DNA of 64,000 bases from assembly GCA_009859145.1 (NCBI GenBank), contig VRVR01000016.1, positions 111,389 through 175,388 on the forward strand, in the 5' to 3' direction. Positions 21,476-30,996 of the stretch are shown here, in pieces; the stretch's first letter is position 1, and the number at the start of each line of letters is the position of its first letter. The translations under genes and the position numbers were made by a program. The notes under the pieces are model-generated. The model did not search any database and was not told the origin of the DNA. It worked only from the letters and a program-made list of their open reading frames with translations. The DNA is from Andalucia godoyi And28. Its lineage: Eukaryota > Protista > Jakobida.

Positions 21476-22546
21476 TTACCAAGCAGACGGCGGCGTGGAG
21501 GAGCCTGTACGCTGCGATGAGGAGGCAGGAACGGAAGCGGGGGCGCGCGCGGGAGCGGGAGGAGGATGCGGGTAAGGATTAAAATGCGGATCAGGATAAG
21601 GATACGGAAGAGACTGAGAATATTCCGGATGTGCATACAAGGGGAAAGGTTGGCCATACGGAGGCTGGGGATACATGGGTTGAGCAGAGTACATGGGAGG
21701 AGATTGTGGATACTGCGATGGATCACCTCGATCTGTGACGGCATTCGCAACGCGGGCAGCCGAGGACCCAGGTGCGCATCCGCCTTGCATTGGATCATAA
21801 TCCGTGATAGATTCGAGAAAGTATACTTGAGCGTCTGTGCAGGTGGTGGTGATTGTCATATTGCTGGACACGGAAACCGTTTTTGACACATTGTATTCGC
21901 CCAGAATGTCGAACGGCGGATCGTTTCTTTCGACGGCACCACCGCTTAGCATGCGCCTACTGCAAATCACGAAATCCGCCAAGGGAACAATGATCCAGAG
22001 ATACCACAAATTGCTCGAGCTGCGAGTCGGGCTGAAAACGACGGAAAGGATTGTCACGAGAAAGAAGAACAGCAGCCAAATGCAGTACACAATACGCAGC
22101 ATGCTGTTCTTGGACACAATAATCGGTAGCCAGTCGATCCACCGAGAATACGCTTCGTAGATATGCACCAGAAATCCCTTGTCCACAAAGTTTTCCGATG
22201 TAACCATGGGGCCCGAAAAATGCAAAAGACGCCATCTGCGGAACAAAATGTGAAGAGGGTTGTAAGTCGTCGCGTTGATCACGAGACGAGCAATGATGGA
22301 AACAAAGAATGCCATCCCGAACCATGTATCCCGCGGGATCGTTTCACTGAATAGGACGAACAACATGAGAAGGATAGCGAGCTGCAGCACGGAATACACA
22401 GCAGTCAAATAGGACTTCGCTGTCTCATAGTATTCGAGAGGATTGAAAACGTCCACTTGCCATCCTCCGCGGAACTGGGGATTGGTTATGAATTTTCGAT
22501 AGTTGCCTTCCGCGTCCAGCAGTGCCGTTGTTAGTTCACGAACCAT
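21476..22546 (-). CDS. Multi-pass membrane protein with Pro/Tyr-rich cytoplasmic tail
   Basis: About four hydrophobic helices and a tail containing PPMY and PPY. Probable start MVRELTT. Confidence 0.65.
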   Translation of the reverse strand: MVRELTTALLDAEGNYRKFITNPQFRGGWQVDVFNPLEYYETAKSYLTAVYSVLQLAILLMLFVLFSETIPRDTWFGMAFFVSIIARLVINATTYNPLHILFRRWRLLHFSGPMVTSENFVDKGFLVHIYEAYSRWIDWLPIIVSKNSMLRIVYCIWLLFFFLVTILSVVFSPTRSSSNLWYLWIIVPLADFVICSRRMLSGGAVERNDPPFDILGEYNVSKTVSVSSNMTITTTCTDAQVYFLESITDYDPMQGGCAPGSSAARVANAVTDRGDPSQYPQSPPMYSAQPMYPQPPYGQPFPLYAHPEYSQSLPYPYPDPHFNPYPHPPPAPARAPASVPASSSQRTGSSTPPSAW

Positions 22547-22730
22547 CGGGATCGCTTGTTTTTTCTCTCTTGACTGGCGCAGCGAGTATCTCACCAGATT
22601 TTGCAGCGTGCGCTAAGGGATTCACAGGTGAATGGCGGGAGGGAAAACGACGTTCCAGTAATCGAAGAACAATGCAGCCGAAGAGAGTCGAGCGGTGCTG
22701 TGAACTGTTTCTTCCTGCGTCCAGTTTCCA

Positions 22731-23159
22731 TTGTCTTGTCTGCACCCTCCCTCCCTCCCCCAGAAAAAAACAACTCACACAGGTCGCACACCGGGATGCA
22801 AGCAACGAGATCTTTCTCGGAGTATTTTCCAGAGCTGCAGTGGGATGGCAGATGCAAGGAGTTCTGGATTCTGTTTACCGCTTCTTCTAACACACGAGCG
22901 CTCACATCCTATCCGGGCGCGAAATCCACTCCCACCAGCAACCCCAAAACGTGCCTCCCCCCCTGTGCACACTGCAATCGAAAATGCAACATCAGAAAGA
23001 GCTGCTGAAAGAAACGCAGAGCACCCCAAGTCCTTGTTGCACAGACAAGCGCATCACGGAGGGGGAAACCGGAACATGGATCTGTATGGCTGCGCAAACT
23101 GTCAGACAAAGAGTACGCTTCTCCGAGTATTACAGGAGCGAAACGACGTCATCATGTAA
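22731..23159 (+). CDS. Possible small gene (exon structure unresolved)
   Basis: GC-rich coding-like block whose open frame ends exactly at an AT-rich spacer, with a pyrimidine-rich intron-like tract at about 22700-22763. Reading frame and start are not resolved. Confidence 0.3.
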   Translation: MSCLHPPSLPQKKTTHTGRTPGCKQRDLSRSIFQSCSGMADARSSGFCLPLLLTHERSHPIRARNPLPPATPKRASPPVHTAIENATSERAAERNAEHPKSLLHRQAHHGGGNRNMDLYGCANCQTKSTLLRVLQERNDVIM

Positions 23160-23219
23160 AATGGGAATTTTTTAAGGTATAGATATATATGTACATGCCT
23201 ACGGAGCTGAGAACATTTG

Positions 23220-24365
23220 CTATGAGGTGCTCGTGGTGTCTCGCCCAAGAGCAGACTTCCACACTTTGCGAGTCTTTGGATCCACAAACATAGTCACATT
23301 CTCCGGCGCGGGATCCTCTGATTCCGCAAACGACTTCATAGGCCTGTGATCCACATCCGGAGTGCCTTCGTGGGCGAGTTGGACCCTTCTGAATTCTTGC
23401 TGCGACTGCCGAAGGTTCGTAACAAACTTTTCGTCCAGCTTCCAGTCTGCCACGGGGTCCTCACCATCCACGGAAGGGCCCTTCAGTGTGCGCGACATCC
23501 CAAGATTCAGCGACTGCACCTCGCGCTCATCCGACGCCTCTGCATATGCTTCTGCCTCCGCTCGGGCGCGGGCATCGGAGCTTTTCCGGATCCACAACCG
23601 AACTTTGTTTCCAAAATCATTCATCGAGCTCGCGGTCCCCGCAAATCCATCTTCGACCGGTCTTGCCCCTCCAGCTCGCTTTGCATGTGACGAGTTCAAA
23701 TTATTCGCAAACGGAGCACTGGAAGGTGCGGCCTCCTCAACAGGCGCGCCGGAATCCCCTTGCGATATCGCGCTTGTGTCCTTGATCTTGCTTAGGTCCA
23801 GCTGTCCTGTATCAATCATCTCCTCACCCGGACTCATCGAGAACTTTGTAGCTGGTTTTCCTAGTCCATCGCCATCCACCGGAGCACTCTCTGGCGGAGT
23901 CCCGATGATGCTTTCTACCGCTGACTTCCGAACCGATTGGTCGTGGACGTACTTTTCCAACTGCTGGGAGAAATCCCTAACTTCTTCCCCTTCTGTGGAT
24001 TCAAGGACCTTGTTTCGAAACCGTCTTGGAACAGGTTCTGCAGGTACTCGCTCTTCATCGCATACGTCGATTTCTGCATGCACTACCGCTGGAGTGCGCT
24101 TTGTGAGCTTCCCGAAATCAAAAAAGTACGGAAATTTCCTCTTCTCCAGTTCCGCTGCCTTCTTGTCAACGCTGAACTGCACGGATCGGACCGCTGATTT
24201 CCGACCATGTCTTCTCCCAATCAGGTATCCAATTCCAGCAGTCGCGGCAGACACAGCCACCACTTCTTTCGATAACAATGAAAACAACCCGGGGGGCTTT
24301 TGATTGTGCTCTCCTCCGCGGACTTGTTCAATTTCCGTGGACAACGTATGAATCTTCTCTTCCAA
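23220..24365 (-). CDS. Hypothetical single-pass membrane protein
   Basis: 381-aa ORF with one hydrophobic stretch (VVAVSAATAGIGYLIG) followed by basic residues. Confidence 0.65.
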   Translation of the reverse strand: MEEKIHTLSTEIEQVRGGEHNQKPPGLFSLLSKEVVAVSAATAGIGYLIGRRHGRKSAVRSVQFSVDKKAAELEKRKFPYFFDFGKLTKRTPAVVHAEIDVCDEERVPAEPVPRRFRNKVLESTEGEEVRDFSQQLEKYVHDQSVRKSAVESIIGTPPESAPVDGDGLGKPATKFSMSPGEEMIDTGQLDLSKIKDTSAISQGDSGAPVEEAAPSSAPFANNLNSSHAKRAGGARPVEDGFAGTASSMNDFGNKVRLWIRKSSDARARAEAEAYAEASDEREVQSLNLGMSRTLKGPSVDGEDPVADWKLDEKFVTNLRQSQQEFRRVQLAHEGTPDVDHRPMKSFAESEDPAPENVTMFVDPKTRKVWKSALGRDTTSTS

Positions 24366-24633
24366 CGACCGCTGGTGGCTTACTCGCGCTGTATATCCAG
24401 CCCATGCAGCAACTATATTCAGCGATCAGAAGAAGAAAAAAAACAGATAGTCAATTAATTAATCAGCACAGCCCAAAGAAGGACATCATCAGTGATTCAA
24501 ACAAGCACATACGAGAAGACAGGACCGTTGCCGATATGGAGATGAACGTCTTGTGACGCTCAAAGACAGCCTGGACGTCTGCTACAGTATTTCGGATTCT
24601 GTTCATCAATCAGCAAGTCCTGCTATGCAGGTG

Positions 24634-24634
<1 letters not shown>

Positions 24635-24671
<37 letters not shown>
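24635..24671. repeat. (CA)n microsatellite
   Basis: Perfect dinucleotide run. Confidence 0.95.
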
Positions 24672-24674
<3 letters not shown>

Positions 24675-24897
24675 CTTTTTTCTACGTTACCAAACCCACT
24701 TCTTTTTTCTTTTCTTCTTCTGAAATTTATGAAACAAACAGCAAATTGGAGAGGTCTCTCAAAAAGAAAAAATCGATTTCGGTCGGCTCAATCCCAGTAT
24801 CCGAAACGAGCTGTACAGCAGACATGAGCGACTGCGTATTCAACAGTTTACGCAGAGATGGGGAGAACGGGCGCACATGGTGCAGCGTGCAGGCTCA

Positions 24898-26079
24898 TCA
24901 ATCCTCTTCTCTCCCCTTCTTGCCCACTCGTATTGGCTTCATATTCGAGTCGAGGTCAGATGGTGTAGAAAGAAACGCACCGGCCAAATTGGCGACTTCC
25001 TTGCTCCACAGCATGGAGGTATGGGTCGCTCGAACGACGGAAACCTTTAGATTCGGTCTCAGCGGATCAATGCTCATCCAAAGATTGCCCTTCTGCCCGG
25101 CAATCTCGCTCGCAAAGGTCATGCTCACGTCAACAGGAGGAGGAGATTCTGACCACAGACCTGACACGCTCCTCTTTCCGAGCCCCGGCGAATGAACCGC
25201 CGGGGAGCTGCCTGAGCTGCCGGAAGAAGGCAAGCTTGCCTTGTAGATCTCGGGGATTCGATCCAAATAATGTGACGAAATGCTGTCGGACCAACAGAGT
25301 GTACCATCGTTCGGAGAGTCAATCAGCGGATTCGACAACCGTCCAGCATCGGCCAAGACTGTCAACACAGACACGTCATTCGGCCAATCTCCAAGCATAT
25401 TCTCAAATTCTTGTGCGGGAACAGTAGAAAGTTCTCGACCCCCGCCGCCGGTGCCCCCGAGTATCCACGAAGGAATCCCATACGCGGACATCTTCCGAGC
25501 GATCTGTGCTCCGCGGACCACAGGCGCAAGCAACACGACTCTTGTTGGGCATTTATGAGAGTCCTTAGATCGAGGAGGCGTGTAGAACCCTTTGGACAAG
25601 AGCATGCGGACCACCGCACCACCAAACGAATGGGCCGCAAAGTGAACGGGCATTCCCGGCTCCAACACAAGCGACAAGTGCTCCGAGAGGAATGTTGCAA
25701 GTGCTCGAGCATTCTCTTCCGTGGACATTTTTGTGTGCTGTATTTCGCGTGGAAAGAGCTTGAAAGAAAACTGATCGTTGAGATATCGCCCCATGAAGTG
25801 AAACTGGAGAGAGAACCCCCACAGCCCATGAAGCAGCACCAACGCTCCTCCGCAGGGAACAACCTTGTTGGAGTGCGTCTTCGTCTTTGACAAGAACGCA
25901 CGGACACTTTCCGTTGGAATCGACCAAGCCTCGCTGTTATGACGCATCCTGAACCATTGGAAACTGCGTTCCTGCTGCGAAGATACCAGAAAGCACAAGC
26001 AAAGCTCCAACATTTCTTCCATCGACCACGGTGAATCTTGCATTCGAGGGCGGAGATTTTGCGGGGGAATAAAAAGCAT
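24898..26079 (-). CDS. Alpha/beta-hydrolase (lipase/esterase-like)
   Basis: Oxyanion motif VLLHGLWG, nucleophile elbow AHSFGG, RVVLLAP, acid motif PNDGT and catalytic His in ATHTSMLW. Confidence 0.85.
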   Translation of the reverse strand: MLFIPPQNLRPRMQDSPWSMEEMLELCLCFLVSSQQERSFQWFRMRHNSEAWSIPTESVRAFLSKTKTHSNKVVPCGGALVLLHGLWGFSLQFHFMGRYLNDQFSFKLFPREIQHTKMSTEENARALATFLSEHLSLVLEPGMPVHFAAHSFGGAVVRMLLSKGFYTPPRSKDSHKCPTRVVLLAPVVRGAQIARKMSAYGIPSWILGGTGGGGRELSTVPAQEFENMLGDWPNDVSVLTVLADAGRLSNPLIDSPNDGTLCWSDSISSHYLDRIPEIYKASLPSSGSSGSSPAVHSPGLGKRSVSGLWSESPPPVDVSMTFASEIAGQKGNLWMSIDPLRPNLKVSVVRATHTSMLWSKEVANLAGAFLSTPSDLDSNMKPIRVGKKGREED

Positions 26080-26361
26080 CCTCGTCCCGAAACGGGAAGC
26101 TCCATCGTCAACACATACATGCACACATATACACACGCGCACACATACATATACATACAGGTCAGCGGTAAAAGAAAACAAAAGGATTTATAGACAAAGG
26201 GTACATGGTACAGACGGGTCACTGCACAGTGAGCAAAAATATTTGGTCAATATTGATCATGACGTAAAAAATACGCATTTCCACGATTTTCGTTTTCCAC
26301 CTTTCCCGAAATCCCAACACACAATCCTCATGTTTCTCAACTGCAAGAAAACAACAGAAAA

Positions 26362-27423
26362 ATGACTCGGAAACGCAAACTTCCAGGAGGTCGCAAACCC
26401 GACAAGAAGCGCCCTAGGAAGACTTCCAGGCCCTTCTTCCTACGTCGCTCGAACGGTGCCTTGGATAGACATTGAACGCAAAAAAGGTTGCTTGCGCAGC
26501 ATCGATCTCTGGGACGATGCGTATAACAACTGCGTCTTCCTTTACCAGAAACGCAATGTTCCTGCAAGATCCTGAAAGTTGGATCGACATGTGTTTCCGA
26601 ACTCCAACTCCAGGTTGACGAAGAACACGAGACATTGTCCGAAACGCTTCGTCGTGAAACCGCGAGACAAGCATTCCGATCATCGCAGCTTCAAGGTTCC
26701 CAAGAATGGTGGAAAACCTCCCGTCCAATTGTCGGTCGAGGAAGGTGCTGCTTTCTGGTCCACTTTCATTCCCGGAAGCACCATCAAATTGTGGAAACGA
26801 GGAAGGGAGGCGGAGCGTGAAATTCGACGGCTACGTGAGATGGAGCGTGAGAAACCCCAAGGTGGCTGTAACGGCTCGGTTTTCAATGTCCTGCGCACGT
26901 GTTCCATTTCCTATGTCCAAGGACGATACTTTTTTGATTGTCCCAGTCGCGCGATCCATGGCACCACCCAAGACGAAAACCGGGGACATGGTTGTCATCA
27001 ACAGCTGCGATGGCGGAGGCCGTGTCTTCCAGACTGTTTATGATGGCTGTGGGAATTACAAGGAATATGGGTTCTCCGAGGGCGACCCTTGACGCTGATC
27101 AAACCCCAGAAACGCTATCAGAAATTGCAATCGAAACGCGCCACCGAGACGACTTGCATGTCGAAAAACGGCAAGACGGAATGCCCGGCGCAAGATGCGC
27201 AACATTTCGCACCGCATTCAGAACATGCAACATGATGGGCATGTACGCATTGCCAAGGCGGTGTGCCAGAAACAGAGTGAAGACGGCACAGTGTCCCCAC
27301 GCGGGATGCACGTATTCGCAACCTCGTGACCAGCATGGTGCGAGAAACGTTGCGATCTTGGGTGTGGAATGTATTGGCATTGGAGTCTGCCAACACCCAA
27401 GCCCCTTTTCATCCTCCTCGTAA
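26362..27423 (+). pseudogene. Degenerate Fanzor (eukaryotic TnpB/IS200-IS605-IS607 OrfB family) RNA-guided nuclease, Fanzor2-like
   Basis: Colinear motifs across frames: basic N-terminus, DAYNNCV, KPRDK..SFKVPK, GRYFLIVP, RuvC-I DGGGRVFQTVYD, QKLQSK, RKMRNISHRIQNMQHDGHVRIAKAVC, and Zn-ribbon half plus RuvC-III CPHAGC..RDQHGARNV. Interrupted by stops, frameshifts and an internal deletion. Confidence 0.85.
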
Positions 27424-27560
27424 TAAGGGGGAGGTGTTTGCGTGGGACTGAAAACACCCAACAACCTACTTGTTGTGGGAAGCCCTGAACCATTTTCATG
27501 GAAAAGGGAGCAGCTTCGCCATAACGTCTCCAGTTGGCGACTTTGAGACTCCAATTGAAC
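27400..27560 (+). ncRNA. Candidate omegaRNA scaffold of the Fanzor relic
   Basis: Three tandem hairpins plus an H-type pseudoknot directly 3' of the nuclease stop codon, where TnpB/Fanzor omegaRNAs are encoded. Confidence 0.55.
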
Positions 27561-27632
27561 TCTCCGGTTTCCATGCGCAGATTTGAAACTCATTATTGTT
27601 GTTGATCAGCGTTTAACTAAGCGGGTCACTGG

Positions 27633-29936
27633 TTAGGATCCCTTCTTGTAGTCGGAGGAGCTTTGCGCTTCCTGCTCGTAAGCAGGCGCCGCGTCCTCGT
27701 CTTTGAGACCGGTGGAATGCGGCTCCTCCTCGATGGAATCCACCTTGGTGACCCCACTAGATGTGCGGAACCCCTTCACGTTTCCATACAGTAAAACATA
27801 CGCCAAAATGCGGTATCCAACGATAAGACATGCAAGGTACAGGCAACACTCCCACGGTTCAAAGTTGTTGCTGTAGTAGTTCAAAGCCTGCGATCCAGAC
27901 GTGATTGGGCAGACACCATTGACAAACTGGCCTGGATCGCAGTGGAATTCCAAACCAGTCATCTCCACGGCCATCAGTCCGTTCCAGCCATAGTAGATCA
28001 CAGAGATCTTCTGGAGCCAGATGAACCAAGGCGGCACATCGTCAGAGTTCAAAAATAAGCCGCTGAGCAACATCTGGGGAATCATGGCAAGCGGCATGAG
28101 TGCTTGCGCAATTTCTGGGTTGGAAGATAGAGCAGACAAGCAATATCCAATGGACGCCGCAGCTTCCGCTCCAAGCTCGCAAATTGCCAAGAACATGAAC
28201 CAATTCGACGCCTTGTTCTGCAGACCCATCATGAAATACGCAATCGAGAGCAACACAGCCGGCATAATTACTTGGAAAGGAAGCTCAGCGAACCACTTTG
28301 CAAAGAAATACGGTGTCACTTTGACCATTCCGGAATCGTGCTCTCGCGTGAAAATGGGCTTTTCCCGAGGAAAAGTCATAATGATGGCGGCAATACAAGA
28401 CATGACCGAGTTGGCAGTCAAAAAGAACAATGCACCGGCGCGATTCTGCACTCCTTGCTGGTCTGTTGTGAGCTGGAAGAAAATCAAACCGCAGATCAGG
28501 GCAATTGTCAGGGTTTGTGCAATTTTGGCCTTGAACATCATTGGATTGCGGAACGTCGTCACAAAGGCACGATCCGTCAGGATTGCGACTTGACGAATAA
28601 AACCTGGTTTGCCGAGATGCTGTGCATGCTTGAAGCGCGCAACATCATCTGCGTCTGCAGCCGCAGATTCTTCCAAACCGACTGCAGAAGCGGATGCAAG
28701 TGCGCTGGATCCCCTGTTCGGAAGAGCCTTTCGGAAGGGATAGTTTTCATCGTTGAACTCCTCGCGGTATACTTTGGAGTTCTTGTAGTACTCGGCCAGC
28801 TGCTTGGGGGGAACACGACGAGTGATTGTGATAAAATGGTCTGCTGGATTCGAAAACTCCGGAACCGGGTATCCAATTGTCTCGAAATATGACGGAGCAG
28901 AGTCAAGCTTTCCAAAGTATACCATTCGGCCTTCACTCAGAAGAATCATGTTGTCAAACAAACACATGAGATCCCATGACGGTTGGTGGATTGTGCAAAT
29001 GATTGTTTTTCCTCCGTACGTTCCGTTCGTGTCGCGAGTGAGTTTCGCAAGTCTGCGCAGCAAACTGATCGTCTGGATTGCTGTGTAAGAATCCAATCCA
29101 GAAGTCGGTTCATCCAACATCAGGACGGACACATTCGGATCCAGCAGATCCTGCGCAATGCAGACCCGCTTGAGCTGTCCTCCCGAGATTCGGGCAATCG
29201 GAGTGCTTTTGCACATCTCCAAATCCAAGTCTCTCAGAACATCGGCGACTCTGTCCACAGACAAGCCCTTCAGTTTGCACGCGTACGTCAGCAACTCGGT
29301 CGGAGTCAGATTGTCATACACCACATCCTGTTGCATGACATATGCACCATAGTTGCGGATCAAGCCAGCAGTCTTTGACGGATCGTACGAATTGATTTGA
29401 ACGCACCCAGACATCGAGCCGTCTCTGAACCGCCCTGCAATTAAATTGAGGAGCGTGGTTTTCCCCGAGCCAGACGGACCCATGAGTGCTGTCAGCTCGC
29501 CGGGTCTCGCGTACCCGGAGATTTCCTTCAGCAAGCATTTCCTGCTCAATGCAGCCTTGTTGGCGACTGCAGTAGAGCCTGTCTCCAGCGACTTTCCACC
29601 TGGAGTAGGAAGCACAGTCGCACCCGACGCCGCCGCCGCCGCTGCCACTGCTGCAACATTGATTGTCGATGCAGACCGAGAAGGCAAATTGGATGCTGGA
29701 TTCGAGCTTGCTTTGCTTTCCTTCTTCTTGTCTACTCCTCTATCCTTCGACAACGGGACGGCGAACGAAAGATTGTTCCAATGCACAAACATCGGAAACG
29801 AACCCACTTTCGTGCCTGCAGGAGTCGTTGGCGGGTGGCCGGCAGACGATTCCCCGACTTCCCGATCATCATCATCATTATTATTATTATTGTTATTGTA
29901 GCCCGTACCAGCCACAACAGCAGGCGCTTCTGACAT
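27633..29936 (-). CDS. ABCG (White-type) half transporter
   Basis: Walker A GPSGSGKT, signature ISGGQLKRV, Walker B LDEPTSGLD and TIHQP, followed by an ABC2 membrane domain. Probable ATG at 29936. Confidence 0.95.
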   Translation of the reverse strand: MSEAPAVVAGTGYNNNNNNNDDDDREVGESSAGHPPTTPAGTKVGSFPMFVHWNNLSFAVPLSKDRGVDKKKESKASSNPASNLPSRSASTINVAAVAAAAAASGATVLPTPGGKSLETGSTAVANKAALSRKCLLKEISGYARPGELTALMGPSGSGKTTLLNLIAGRFRDGSMSGCVQINSYDPSKTAGLIRNYGAYVMQQDVVYDNLTPTELLTYACKLKGLSVDRVADVLRDLDLEMCKSTPIARISGGQLKRVCIAQDLLDPNVSVLMLDEPTSGLDSYTAIQTISLLRRLAKLTRDTNGTYGGKTIICTIHQPSWDLMCLFDNMILLSEGRMVYFGKLDSAPSYFETIGYPVPEFSNPADHFITITRRVPPKQLAEYYKNSKVYREEFNDENYPFRKALPNRGSSALASASAVGLEESAAADADDVARFKHAQHLGKPGFIRQVAILTDRAFVTTFRNPMMFKAKIAQTLTIALICGLIFFQLTTDQQGVQNRAGALFFLTANSVMSCIAAIIMTFPREKPIFTREHDSGMVKVTPYFFAKWFAELPFQVIMPAVLLSIAYFMMGLQNKASNWFMFLAICELGAEAAASIGYCLSALSSNPEIAQALMPLAMIPQMLLSGLFLNSDDVPPWFIWLQKISVIYYGWNGLMAVEMTGLEFHCDPGQFVNGVCPITSGSQALNYYSNNFEPWECCLYLACLIVGYRILAYVLLYGNVKGFRTSSGVTKVDSIEEEPHSTGLKDEDAAPAYEQEAQSSSDYKKGS

Positions 29937-30700
29937 GTCTTTCCTTCTCCAAAAAAGAATAGCAGCAATAATAATAATAATAACAGCACCAATGTAGCAA
30001 TAAGAAAAACAAAAGAATAGAGACAACAAGAACAAGAGAAACTCCTACGCAGGAATGTTGCTTGTTTTTGAAATCAAAAAAGAAGGGTAGGATGAAAGGA
30101 TGAAAGGATGAAAGAAAAATATGAAAGAACCCCAAGATTAAAAAGATGAACAAGATAAAATTATAATAATATGCAATACAAAATATTAATATGCAAAGTA
30201 TGATTGGCAAAGTTGAGAAGAAGAAAAAGAACCGACTGTTTCGCTCGGATTTTGGCAAGCGGCATTTTCAGCGGCAACCGTGAAAAAAAAAAGCCGTCGA
30301 TTCACCGCGTTTTCCCGTCCTCCGCCTCCTGTAGTTGCCTGGTGGGTCTTTTATTATTTTTTTTTTACAGCCGGCAGATTCTGCTTGAAGCAAATGATGG
30401 TCGGACGATGCTGTTTTTTGGGGCGGACGACGAGGAGGAAGAGAACGACGCGCATCGAAGAGCGTGTAGTGCGTCAGGAAAGCGGATCGTGTGCATTCGA
30501 AGTGGGCAGGCTGCGAGCGTGCATCACTAGTAATCGGAGCGATTGTATTCCTCGTGTATCAGAAAAACAATATTTTAAATTCAAAAAATTAATAAATAAT
30601 CAGATTATAAGAGTCTCCTGTTCTCTTTCATTCTGAGATCCAGAGCGGTCAACACCTGTTTTTTCTGCAACCCGCAAGGCGGCCTGTATCTCTCTGTACG

Positions 30701-30770
30701 CAGAACACAAAACACAGAATACAGAATACAGAATACAGAATACAGAATACAGAACACAGAATACAGAACA
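30701..30770. repeat. (CAGAATA)n heptamer tandem repeat, imperfect
   Basis: About 10 units read directly from the sequence. Confidence 0.9.
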
Positions 30771-30996
30771 CTGTCGGAAACACTGCACGAAACATTTTCT
30801 TTCCTGTCGTAAAAATTGGCCGCCCTAACGTTTCTTGTCTCCATATCTTTCAGCAAAAAAGAACCAAACGGAAAAGACGTCTTTTGCATGTTTATCCGAA
30901 TGGTGCTATAAAAAAAGAGCGCGCAGTGCATCCTAATCGACCTTGTAATTAAATTTCCCGTCCCTCTCTCGTCTTGGTTGGAAACGTTGCTGGACG

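Larger units (their letters stand above)
26225..27621 (+). mobile_element. Putative non-autonomous Fanzor-carrying insertion bounded by a 10-bp direct repeat
   Basis: CGGGTCACTG occurs at 26215-26224 and 27622-27631, enclosing the Fanzor relic and the structured 3' region. No transposase and no clear TIR seen. Confidence 0.55.

Noticed and set aside
30701-30770. Tandem repeat considered as a CRISPR-like or telomeric array
   Set aside because: Contiguous 7-mers without spacers, internal location, and not a known telomere unit.
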